Assembly (NCBI RefSeq): GCF_001194135.2
Contig: NC_069002.1
Span: 4,948,322-4,985,318 of the forward strand
DNA length: 36,997 nucleotides
Source of the DNA: Octopus bimaculoides
Taxonomy: Eukaryota
Reading direction: 5' to 3'
Below the pieces are notes generated by a model. That model saw nothing but the letters and a program-made list of their open reading frames with translations, was not told the DNA's origin and made no database searches. This document shows positions 11,501 to 32,530 of the stretch, one piece after another; the first letter of the stretch is position 1, and each line of letters starts with the position of its first letter. The translations under genes were made by a program, and so were the position numbers.

Positions 11501-13131
11501 TTTTTTTTGCTTTGACTCGCATGCTTTTTAAGTTTTTTTTTCTCTCTCTCTCTATGGCAGTCGGTAGAGCACCAAGCAAAAAACATCTTGTGGTATCTGA
11601 TTACCTCCCTTTATATTGTTAATTACGAATGCTGCCCAGGCCCACCTTGTCTTTCCAAGGTTAGTAAAATAAAAAAAACAAATACTGGAGTTGATGTAAT
11701 CGGCTACGCACCAAAAGTCAGTGTGCCGTGGCTGCAGTCCAATGATCGTAAGCAGTGAAAGACTAAAGAATAAATAAAAAATTTTAAAATTACCTCATTA
11801 CCATTACCAAACGACCCAATCTTAATGTGGTTAACAGTAAATATGAAACGATGAAAAAACAAAAAAAAAAATCCAAAAAAAAAAATCTCAAAATCCAAAG
11901 AACGGAGGCAAATGAGTTTTGGCAGCACTCCTCAGAGGACATTATGAGAATGCCTTGTACCCTGTTTTGTTTAGCTGTTGAGGGTGGGGAGAGAAGAGAA
12001 GTTGGTATTTATAGTGCAGGATTATTTTTGAGAGGTGTACTGCTCAGGATTCTATGGAAGGAGGTAACCACTATCTCTGTTTCTCTCTCTCTGTCTCAGT
12101 ATTATGAAGAGACCATATGATGATAAATAAATAAATAAAATTTCAATTACAGTTGGAAGTCGGAAATGTTATGTTGCTGTGCTTTCTAATTCTGCATGAA
12201 GGTGTAAAAAAAAAAAAAAAAATTTTGTTTTCATATGTTTTAAAACAAAGAATTGTTATAGGTGCACGAGTAGATACGTGGTAGGAAATTTGCTTCCCAA
12301 CCACATGGATCCAGGTTCATTCCCATTACATGGCACTTACTATAGCACCAGGCTGACCTATCCCTGTGAGTGGATTTGCTAGGCAGGAATTAAAAGAAGC
12401 CCTTCATGTATGTGTGTGTGTGTATGTATATATATATATATATATATACATACACACACATGCTAGCTCCTGTGGAAGATAATTGGGCTTGTGGCCCTAA
12501 AGAGAGCTAAGTAGCATGACTATAATATATCTATAATGACTATATGCGCCCTGGTGGTGTTTGATCAGAGGTTAAGGACAGATGAGTATCAATTCTGTAA
12601 TGCAATCATTCTATTGTTCCAGTCCCAAAGTTTTTATCCTGATATAAAATTAACGAAGCGATTGTCATTGACTTCTGACAAATGCCATCCAAGATGGCAT
12701 GAATCAGCCTCAGCCAAGCTTTACCTGCTAGAAATAGCAACCCAAAAGTCAGCAGCAGGCCAGGCAAAATGTTAAGCGGGGTCTTGTCTGTCTTGATGTT
12801 CTGAGTTCAAATTCCACCAAGGTCGACATTACTTTTCATCTTTTCAGGCTCGATAAAATGAGTACCAGTTGAAAACTGGGAGATCGATGTAATCGACTCG
12901 TGCCCTTGTGGCAAAATCAAAAGGATCCTGTCATATATGTAACTGCACATGTGCTTGTCTCGGACTATTTTTTTCAGTGGGATTTGAACTCGGAACATAA
13001 AGAACCAGAAGACCTGCTGTTGAGCATTTTGTCCAATACTTTAATGATTCTAATTAAGTTGCCCACCTTAATTGACAACTAGTAAGAAAATAAAGAAGTA
13101 TTTTTGATTTTTTAATCTTTTCTTTCTAATA

Positions 13132-13332
13132 ATCATCATCATCATCGTTTAACGTCCGCCTTCCATGCTAGCATGGGTTGGACGATTTGACTGAGTACTG
13201 GTGGACCAGGAGGCGACACCAGGCTCCAATCTGATTTGGTAGAGTTTCTACAGCTGGATGCCCTTCCTAACGCCAACCACTCCGAGAGTGTAGTGGGTGC
13301 TTTTATGTGCCACCGGCATGAGGGCCAGTCAG
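13132..13332 (-). mobile_element. SINE family C copy
   Basis: Almost identical to 3472-3680. Confidence 0.75.
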
Positions 13333-13367
13333 CAAAAATAAAAATCCAAAATATCATTTTGAAATAT

Positions 13368-13373
13368 TTTATT
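13368..13373 (-). terminator. Candidate polyadenylation signal (AATAAA) of DDX41
   Basis: First AATAAA on the minus strand, about 110 nt after the stop and just before a SINE; not verified. Confidence 0.4.
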
Positions 13374-13481
13374 TTATAAAAATATAATTTATAATGAAAA
13401 ATGTGTATGTTGTAATACAGACAGGAGCAACTTTTATCTCCACCGTACACATAACATACACTCTCTCTCTCTCTTCAAGTT

Positions 13482-23236
<9,755 letters not shown>

Positions 23237-23393
23237 CTGGATACAATTAAAGAAAGAAAGAAAAGACATTTAGTTAAGACAGAAGCTTCAAGCAACTTTC
23301 ATTGTAGTATTTAACCCTTCAGCATTCAGATTACTTTGTCGAATGTAATGCTTATTTATTCTCATTTCTTAAAGTTAATTCTGTATTGTCAGA

Positions 23394-23795
23394 GAAAGAC
23401 TTCCTTTTGTACCTCACCCCAATAAAAAAAAATTTTTAATATTAGACATGGTGGAAAATTGATTTCCTACAGTGTCTTACAATAATAATAATGAGAAAGT
23501 CATAAAAATTAAGAATTTCTTTTAAAAAAAACTTCATTTCTGTATTATGTATATTCATGTCCCAATTTGCCAAACGTTAAGGCCTAAATTGCCTCACTCT
23601 ATGAAATTTGCCAAACCTTGGGACATGAATATACATAATACAGGAATGAAGTTTTTTTTTTTAATAGAAATTCTTAATTTTTATGACTTTCTCATTATTA
23701 TTATTATTATAAGACATGGCAGGAAATCAATTTTCCACCATGTGTAATATTAAAAAAAAAAATTATGGGAGAGGAGGTACAAAAGGAAGTCTTTC
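23394..23795. repeat. Long foldback inverted repeat (arms about 175 bp)
   Basis: Arm 23394-23565 is the near reverse complement of 23618-23795. Confidence 0.85.
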
Positions 23796-23949
23796 CATGG
23801 ATATAGAACGGGGGGCACAAAAGGAAGTCTTTCCATGGATATGGAACGGGTGGGATTACAAAAGGAAGTCTTTCCTTCGTTGCTTTTTGCAACCTTGTCA
23901 ATGAATGTTGACTTACTGTGGGTGTTTAAACATAACTACAGATGTACAA

Positions 23950-24636
23950 GCGAGTCTGTGTGGTTAAGAAGATTGTTTCACAATCATACGGTCTCAGGTT
24001 CAGTCCCACTTTGTAACACCTTGGGCAAGTGTCTGTTACTACAGCCCAGGACAGACCAATGCGTGGGAATGAATTAGGTAGACGAAAGCCGTGCGGAAAC
24101 CCGTCGTATAGATGTGCAGGTGCGTGTGTGTGTGTGTGTCTTTGTGTAGTGTTTGTCTCCCATCACAATTTGACAACCGATGTTGATTCGTAGTAAAGAT
24201 TGTTTGCCAACGTAACATGGCAGTCCTGGTTTAGGACTAATGCTGCTGTAATTTTGCCCCAGGAGACATCGTCTCCAGCTGGCTATACGACACGATCTGT
24301 GTCCTTATATTTTTTTGTTTTTAAGGACACAGATCGTGTCGTATAGCCAGCTGGAGACCAACATTAGTCCTAAACCAGGACTTCCACGTTATGTTGGCAA
24401 AAAAATCTTTACTACAAAGTACTGTTGCTGAATATCTCACGTTGTGAGATTTAAAAATAGTAATTTCCGATGTTGGTTTGTTTACATCCCCGTGATCGAT
24501 CTAGCGGTTCGGCGAAACAGGCCAATAGAATAAATGGTAACCTAGCTTTAAAAAAAAAATATGTAGTGCGGTCGATTTGTCCGACTAAACTCTTCAAGGC
24601 ACGGCTGCAATCCAATGAGTGAAATAAGTAAAAGAT
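23950..24636 (+). mobile_element. SINE family A copy interrupted by a hairpin element
   Basis: Family A head and tail are separated by the insertion at 24186-24466. Confidence 0.7.
24190..24415. mobile_element. Palindromic MITE-like element with a perfect 37-bp inner stem
   Basis: Outer arms gtagtaaagat...ggactaatg / cattagtcc...atctttactac; 24271-24307 is the exact reverse complement of 24322-24358. Confidence 0.8.
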
Positions 24637-25199
24637 AACAGACAGAAAAATGTACGACTACATTATAGAAATGCATCCTTATTTTTCTGTTGTGAAACTG
24701 ATTCGAGGGAGATGTTGCTGTTATTTTTAACAGCTTTCGGACGTGATCTGGAAGAAAAAACCCATAATTTCAACAGCTTGTCCATTTACTCCATGTAATT
24801 CTCCCAATATACAGCAATCAAAATAGCAATAAAGCAATAACAAAGAGTCATTATAATAAATTACTATGGTAATAATAAATTAAGTTATAACCTTTTGTGA
24901 AAGATCCATGCTTCTAGATTCGTTTCAAAGTTCAACAAAAGAAAAGACAAGGGAGACAATCGTTTGGCTAATTGTTTTGGAGGATTTCAACGGATGCATG
25001 GAGTTACAGTTCTTGGTTGAGCTTCTGCTAGAACTCTCGCTCAGAAGAAAATAGGAAAGCTTTATATTATTTCCAGTGTGTGTGTGTGTGTGTGTGTGTG
25101 TGTATTTTATATAATTTTTTTTTAGTTACTGGACTGCGGCCATGCTGGGGCACTAATTTGAAGTGTTGAGTCGGACAATTTTTTTTTTTTTTTTAAAGT

Positions 25200-25260
25200 C
25201 TAGTTCATATTTTACCAGTCTCGCATGGGGCAACAAAGACAGATAAACACAGACACACAA

Positions 25261-25310
<50 letters not shown>

Positions 25311-25450
25311 CAACAGGCTTCTTTCAGTTTCTGTTTGCCAAATCCACTCACAAGGCTTTGGTCAGCCCAAGGATATAGCAGAAGACACTTGCCCAAGGTG
25401 CCATACAGTGGGACTGAACCCGGAACCATGTGGTTGGGAAGCAAGCTTCT
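25200..25450 (-). mobile_element. SINE family A copy
   Basis: Reverse complement of the family A head. Confidence 0.7.
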
Positions 25451-26061
25451 TTATTTCTTTTAAATTGCCATAATGGCATTACATAGAGGGGGACACTTCA
25501 ACACATGTAGGGACATATAACAATTAAAATAAAAATATGATGTTATGAACGACACATGAAAATGAAGATGAAAAACATTAAAATTAAAATATTAGAATAA
25601 TGATACATGAACGATAACTTGAGATGTGAGAGTATGAAAAGTGTGTTACTCACCCCCTTCTGAGTAACACTACTCGCCACCTTTGAGTCCTGAGTCCTCT
25701 TTAGTCTTTGTCTAGTCTTTTATTTACTGTTTTCCCTATTGCTGAGTGACAACACTCCCTCCTCCATGTACACATAACCTTTTTCACCGGGGGAGGGGTC
25801 TTGAAAATTTTGTGGTGTCTGTTCTTTCTTCTTTTTTTTTTCCTGTGAGAAGGGGCGGGTGGGTTTGGTGTCTGTATGGGGAGGCTGGCTCTGAGTGGTC
25901 TTGGGTGGGATGGAGTTGGTCTGGGGTCCCACATCACACTGACTGTTCTTCTTCTTTCTCTTTTTCTTTTTATTCTCTGTTACTGTCCATTCATCATAAT
26001 ACCATACTTAATTCTGGTGCCTAAACCTAAGTACCATATTCACCTTGAATCTAAATTTTAT

Positions 26062-26092
<31 letters not shown>

Positions 26093-26190
26093 ATAATATT
26101 AGGGACAAAATCCAAAATTACAGGTAAAAAACTCGATTAAAATCAATTTATAAAAAATTAAAATTAAATTGAGCCTTATAGATAAAGTAT

Positions 26191-26438
26191 ATATAAAATA
26201 CATATTTTTAGTGAAAATAACCAATTTTCAAGAACTCATCGATGAAAATCCACTATCACATATAGAAAATTTTATAATTAAAAGCACAATAAATGAGTAT
26301 AATATAAAGTAAAGTAAATATCATAAGNNNNNNNNNNATTATACTCATTTATTGTGCTTTTAATTATTAATTTTTCTATATGTGATAGTGGATTTTCATC
26401 GATGAGTTCTTGAAAATTAGTTATTTTCCCTAAAACTA

Positions 26439-26450
<12 letters not shown>
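26191..26450. repeat. Inverted repeat (about 110-bp arms) centred on a 10-N gap
   Basis: 26191-26303 is the near reverse complement of 26338-26450. Confidence 0.7.
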
Positions 26451-26470
<20 letters not shown>

Positions 26471-26559
26471 CTTTCATCATCTGACACAAGATCACCTCCA
26501 ATGCCCCCTCCCCTCTCAAAATTCTTTGTCTTGCAAGATACTTGGTGACCCTGCTGGTG

Positions 26560-26860
26560 CTGGTAACCACGTGAAAAGCATCCAGTCCACACTGTAAAGT
26601 GGTTGGCATTTGGAAGGGCATCCAGCTGTAAAAACCTTGCCAAAAACTGACCTCTTCTATGCTGGTGGCATGTAAAAAGCACTCAGCCAACTCTGCAGGG
26701 TGGTTGGTGTTAAGAAGGGCATCCACCCGTAAAAGCCATGCCAAAACACAGTAGCCTGGGGTAATCATCTATCTGTCCGGCTCCTGTCAAACCATCCAGC
26801 CCATGCCAACATGGAAGGCAGATATTAAATGATGTTGATGATGACAATGACGATGCTGAT
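26560..26860 (+). mobile_element. SINE family C copy with internal duplication
   Basis: Core gtggttggc..aagggcatcca occurs twice, followed by an atgttgatgatgac tail. Confidence 0.6.
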
Positions 26861-27348
26861 ATATATACACAAATACACACACACATTTATACATAGCTAA
26901 ATATTTGTTAAATACATATATAACTCATACCAGCATGGAAAACGGACATTAAATGGTGATGATGATACATCCATATACATACATACATACATATATATAT
27001 ATATAGAGAGAGAGAGAGAAAGAGTGAAGGAGAAAGAGGAAGAGAGAGAGATATGGAAAGAGAAATGGGTTAAATTCTATTTTTATGTTGGATTGAAGTG
27101 AAATGAAAATTTGAAAGCAAAACATTGCATGCATATATGTGTGTATGTAGAGTGGAAGGAGGAGGAGGGAGGGAAAGAGAGAAGGAGAGAGAGAGAGTGA
27201 AAGTAGGAGAGAGAGAGTGAAAGTAGGAGAGAGAGAGAGTGAAAGTAGGAGAGAGAGAGAGAGAGAGAGAGGTCAAATCCTATTTGACCAGTCATAAGCA
27301 CATACACTGCTGTAAGAACATATACATCTTATGTAGTATCTATAAAAT

Positions 27349-27712
27349 TCTGTGTGTGTGTGTGTCTGTGTTTCCTCTATGCATGGCCAANNNNNNNNNN
27401 TGTCTGTGTTTCCTCTATGCATGGCCAAACTGCCGGATCAATCTCTACCAAATTTGGCATCAAAGTTTTTCGTTACTCGGGGAAGGTTCGGGGGGGGGGG
27501 GGTTTAAATTTTGCCCCTTGCCCATATAGAGGTCTGCAGCCCCCACTATACAACCCTTCCAATTTTTTTTTTCAGTGGTATAATAACAAATTTGGCATGA
27601 AGGTTTTTCATCACTTGGGCAAGGTTCTGGTGGTGGTAGGGTTTCAAATTTTGGCCCTGCTCATATAGGGGTCTGTAGCCCCCATTATATGACGCTTCTG
27701 ATTTTTTTTTTC
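27349..27712. mobile_element. Helitron/Helentron-like non-autonomous element with a 138-bp internal tandem duplication
   Basis: (TG)/(TCTG) microsatellite, then ggatcaatctctaccaaatttggc, then two units (27450-27573 and 27588-27712). Confidence 0.4.
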
Positions 27713-28174
27713 ACTTTTGATAAGATTATAATATTGTTTATACTGCATACTTACAACTGCTTACAAAAATGGAGATTAATACTCCATAAGAAAATATACA
27801 TATACATACTCACATATACATAAACACATGAACACACACACACACTTATATGTATATACATGTATGTATGTGTGTATTATATCTGAAAAATTGACTTTGA
27901 AGTCATTATTGAGCTCTATTAGACATAACAGGAATTCCACATAAGGAATAGTTTTAAGTGAAGATGTACTCTGTATTTGTACAGGAAATAGGATTTGAGA
28001 AAAGCCAACTCATTGCTAAATATAGCTTTCTTCACACACACACACACACACACATCTACACAAACACATGTATAGCTATCTATCTGTCTGTCTGTCTATC
28101 TATCTATCAATCTATCTATCTGCCTGTCTCTCTGTCTATCTATCTATCTGTCCTATTGATGTGTTTTGGTACTC

Positions 28175-28285
28175 TTATTTTTCCCCACTGATGAGTAGAT
28201 TGCATTGTTTTACATCATTTTATTCCTTCTGGAATAACACCAATGTTTTCTTCGAAACACATGTCGGATGTATAAAGATTTGAAT
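28175..28285 (+). ncRNA. Hammerhead-ribozyme-like motif (type I topology), possibly decayed
   Basis: CTGATGAG (28188-28195), hairpin, CGAAAC (28253-28258), ACAT, GTC (28263-28265); stem I is weak. Confidence 0.4.
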
Positions 28286-28462
28286 AACACCTGTGTTTAA
28301 CACCATTTATTTATTTATCTATGTGATACAAAAACATTTCACCAAAACCTTGAATTTCTACCTTTATAAGTAGGCTGTTACATCCTTGGTACTTATGTGA
28401 ATTTTTACTACCCTGGTAACCATTTATTTATCTTTTCCGTGTTATTTGTAAACATTGAAAAT

Positions 28463-28509
<47 letters not shown>

Positions 28510-28523
28510 CATGAATGCAGATA

Positions 28524-28710
28524 TATGAGGTGCTATCAAAGAGTTCTCAGACAGGTTATGTTTAATACACCTGTCTCAGTGTTCCTGCTACTTTTGGAAT
28601 CTGGTCTGGAAGTTGTTTTCCGTAAGTGAGTTGAAGACCTTCCGCAATTCAGTTTTGATCTCAACAACAACAGTGTTAAAACGGTGACCTTTGAACTGCA
28701 TTTTAATCTT
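28524..28710 (-). pseudogene. Mariner (Tc1/mariner) transposase C-terminal remnant with 3' TIR
   Basis: Minus-strand translation KIKMQFKGHRFNTVVVEIKTELRKVFNSLTENNFQTRFQK*QEH*DRCI matches the mariner C-terminal pattern K.KG.RF...EI......F...FQKW..RW..CI, with both Trp codons mutated to stops. A TIR-like tatgaggtgctatcaaagagttc is at 28524. Confidence 0.7.
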
Positions 28711-30708
28711 GTGACTAGCTAGATTAAGAGATAAGTCAGTAAAAATAATCTTATTTTGGGGTTTAAAGTTCTTTTATCACGGCTACTCCTATCATCACTA
28801 ATCACCATCGATAACGATAATAAAGGTGATGATAATGGTGATGATGATGATGGTGATGATGATGATGGTGATGATGATAATTGAAATGTAAAAATTCCTG
28901 GGAAATGTTGGTTGGATTCGCAACCTCTAACTCTCTTGGAAGTATATATGTATATTCACACAGCCTTGGTCACGTGTGTCCGGCTGCTATTTCTTTTCGT
29001 TCTTGGAATCACCAAGCTCGCACGTACTTCTTTGCCCCTCCTGTACGTGCTTCACAGCGTTCGAGACATACACACTTCACGTCTGGCTGTACAGCCTTTT
29101 TGTTTGTTTATTTCACCGTTTCGTTTTCCTGTCTTGTTTTCCGTCCGCCACTACCCTCCACGAAAACAATTTAATTTGTGTTCGTGGGAAGAACCATTTT
29201 AACGATGCGTACTGCCTTAATTCTGTGAAACGCCGGAGTTTTAATGGTGGCAGCTGATGAAGGGGATGTTTCTATGTGGCCTGCTTGTTTGTTGCACCTT
29301 GTTTACCATTTTTGTCCTTGTTCTTTTGCCACGTCATGTACCCAGTTATGTATCTATATGTACATGTGGATGAACGTATATACATACATGCACATATATA
29401 TGCATATACTCATATATTGTTTATATATATATATATATATGAATGTGTGTCCTTTGTGTCAATGTTTTTCCCCCACCACCAGCACCACCACTTGACAGCT
29501 GGTGTTGATGTGTTTATGGCGTTGTAACTTAGCAGTCTGGCAAAATAGACTGACAGAGTAAGTACCAGGCTGGAAAAAGGAAAATGAATACTGGAATCAA
29601 TTCATTTGACTGAAAATTCTTCAAGGCAATGCCCCAGCATGGCCACAGACTAATGACTGAAAGAAGTAAAAGATTAAGGACACACACACACAATTGCCAA
29701 AACAAGGAATAGTTTTAGCTTTTCCACTTAATCAAATAGGATGTAGTTAATCAGTTATTTTATCTTCCATCTGGAGAGCTTTTCAGTTTGTGTGCTTATA
29801 TCAACAATAAAATTGATATGGAATTAACCCTTTCCGTGCCAACCCAGCTGAAACTGCCTCTGGCTCTGTAGTACAAATGTCTTGTTTTCCAAAGTTCTGA
29901 ATTAAAATCTTCCACCAAACCTTTGTCACAATTCATGTTCCTCACAATAGATGTAGGTATGTACATATATGTATGGATATATGCATATGGTTGGTGTTGA
30001 AAGGGCATTCAGCCATAGAAACCAAGCTAAGTCAGACTAGAACCTGGTGTAGCCCCCCTGCTTGCCAGCTCTAGTCAAACTGTCCAACTCATGCCAGCAT
30101 GGAGAAAAGGATATTAAATAATGATGACGACAATGATCTTTGGTTCATGTGAGAAAAAAATCTTTTCACTTGTATGTTGTATAAAACTGAATAAACAAAA
30201 ATAATAAAAAAAGCACTTCATCTTAGAAAAATCAACAACTCAATTTCATGGTTTAAGAAGTTTGTAATTGTTAGTTTGAATAAAATAGGTCCCCTGCAAA
30301 GTTTTTTTCAACAGGTAAGAGAAATGTCGTGAGTTTGTGTGTTGAGTGCGTATGATGTGAACTGGTTGAACTCATGACAGGCTGCAATGTTGTTTTAAAC
30401 TGGGCTGAAACAAAACTAAACAATATTGGATTTAGACATGCAAGGCTAGACTTAGAAAATCAGAACACGTAAAGAGAATAAACATTGGTTGAGGAACAAA
30501 AGACTAAATTTGGTACAAATTGCCTGTAGGTAATGACTGGATAAACAGACATGAAACATATATGTGAACAGGATGTATTGACACGTTGTGTAGAAGTTGA
30601 TTGCATGAACAAAGAAACACAGTGTGTATATATATGTTGACTATATAGATCAATAAACATAGTGAATGTATGACAACTGGATAGACAAATAGATAGATTG
30701 ATAGATAT

Positions 30709-31610
30709 GTTTCTTTATTAGCCACACAGGGCTTGAACACAGAGGGGACAAGTTACAAAGTAGAGCTTTTCTTTTGGGGAGAAGGAAGGGGAAATAAAAA
30801 GGGTGGGTAGATTTTCAATCAAAAGGGATTGTAAAAAAAAAAAGAAACAATCAATAGGGATCATGTATCACAGAAATATCATGATGTAAAGTAATAAGGG
30901 GAAACAGATTAGGTTTACCTGTGGGAAGAAAAACCTATAGAAAAGACCACGGTAACCTTAGCCAATAATGTCATGCAGTGAAACACATTAGTGACTCTCT
31001 TTTTACCTTTTTTTCTGGTTCATAGGTTTATGCTCAAGGTGGCTCAGTCATTCACACCTGCCATCCTTGCTACATTTGCCCATCTTTTCTTGAAACATTC
31101 AGTAGATAGAACTTCCCTCTCTACTCTCACCTTTCTCTTCAAGGGATACATGAAAAAGTTGATGAGAGATTCACCAGAGAGGAAAGTGTTTGTCTCTAGA
31201 CCTTTCAGACGCGTCCACCATACACATTCTTTCACCATAGCCATAAGTACAATGAAAATGGCGCTTCCCTCCTGTTTCAAGGAAGGAGACGTGACAATAT
31301 TCACGATAGACTAGGCTGATAAACTGATTCGTCCCACACGTGATAGCAATCATTCGATGTAGTTCCACAGGTCGGAAATGGTTGGACAATGTACGAGTGC
31401 AAGCAGAACAGTTTCGTCGCTCTGTCCGCATCTCGGGTAGGTCGACCCCGTGTTTCTCGAGCCATGCCTGTAGAGCTTATCCCGAATGGGTAGCGCTTCT
31501 CGATAGCACTGCCAGGCCAGGGATCTCTGGAAGTTGTCCATAAGTCCCGGCCCGAAAGTCGTCTTGAACAGGCGGGTCGGGTATTCCTCGTCGACGCCCA
31601 GGTTCGCCCC
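30709..31610 (-). mobile_element. 5'-truncated Tx1/L1-clade LINE: ORF2 C-terminus plus 3' UTR
   Basis: Broken frames read LFKTTFGPGLMDNFQRSLAWQCYREALPIRDKL...YPRCGQSDETVLLALVHCP (decayed CCHC zf-RVT-like motif) and MVKECVWWTRLKG...FKKRWANV. The region is CpG-rich; AATAAA at 30719-30714 precedes a (TATC)-like tail. Confidence 0.72.
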
Positions 31611-32089
31611 CGAGATATATGTTTTGGGGGTAATTGGTTAAAAAAGTTCCCTGACCCCCTGATCAAGACCAATCATCACGACCATCACCAAATCACCACT
31701 AATACACCCGTACAATAACCAAAGTACCTTAGACAAGAAATCAGTTACCAACGACAACACACTACCACCACCAAGAAGAAGACAACCGCGTCTAGCATAA
31801 CAACGATTGGTATTTTTAGGCTGTCTGCCCGGTTAGTTGGCTGGTTAAATTACCCTCCTTCTCCTCCTCCTCCTTCTTCTTCTCGTCTGTGCGGGAGTCT
31901 CCTTTTATTTATTATTGACCTACGACTCCCCAGCGCTTCTCACATTCTTTCTGTTTCTTTCCCTCTTCTCTTCCTCTGGTAAAAGGAGGAAGGGGAGGAA
32001 GTGAAGTGGAATAGAAGGACTTAACAATTGTTGAGTAACCAAGTGGTGGTGGGAGGAGGGTGCATACCTTTGACGGACTGAGGGGAGGT

Positions 32090-32530
32090 GGGAGGAAGAT
32101 AGAAAGAGGGAGAGAGAGAGAGAGAGAGGGAAAGAAAGAGAAAGAGAGAAAATGAGGAAGCGAAATGAAGAGAGAAAGAGAGAAAGTTTGTGTGTAAGAG
32201 CGAGAGAAAGAGGGAGAGAGAGAGAGCAATTAAGAGATGGGAAGGGAAGGGATAGAGAGAGAGTGAAAGTGGCATGCTCCAGGGAGAGAAAATGAAAGAG
32301 AGGGAGGGAAAGAAAGAGAAAAGAGAACGAGAGAAAAACAAAGAGAGAGAGAGAGAGAAAAAGAGAAAATGCCGAGAGAAAAGGCAAAGAGAGAGGGAGA
32401 GGCAGAGAGTAAGAGAAAAAGACATAAAGAGAGAGAAAAAGAGAGAGAAAAAGACATAAAGAGAGAGAAAAAGAGAGAGGGAGAGAAAGATAGAGAGAGA
32501 GAGAGACAGAGAAAGAAGAGGAGGGCTGGG
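32090..32530. repeat. Long GA-rich polypurine low-complexity tract
   Basis: About 440 bp almost entirely A/G. Confidence 0.85.

Noticed and set aside
23780-23875. Three 17-bp direct repeats with about 21-24 nt spacers, superficially CRISPR-like
   Set aside because: Eukaryotic locus, near-identical spacers, no cas genes; explained as a duplicated foldback terminus
25701-25937. Basic, Pro-rich 70-78 aa minus-strand ORFs
   Set aside because: Short, no recognisable homology, partly from a poly-T run; kept only as a weak first-exon candidate
27362-27428. Direct duplication of about 28 bp around a 10-N gap
   Set aside because: Typical unmerged contig overlap (assembly artefact)
29220-29270. GAAAC...GTT...CTGATGA in type II hammerhead order
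   Set aside because: Stems I and II do not pair beyond 1-2 bp
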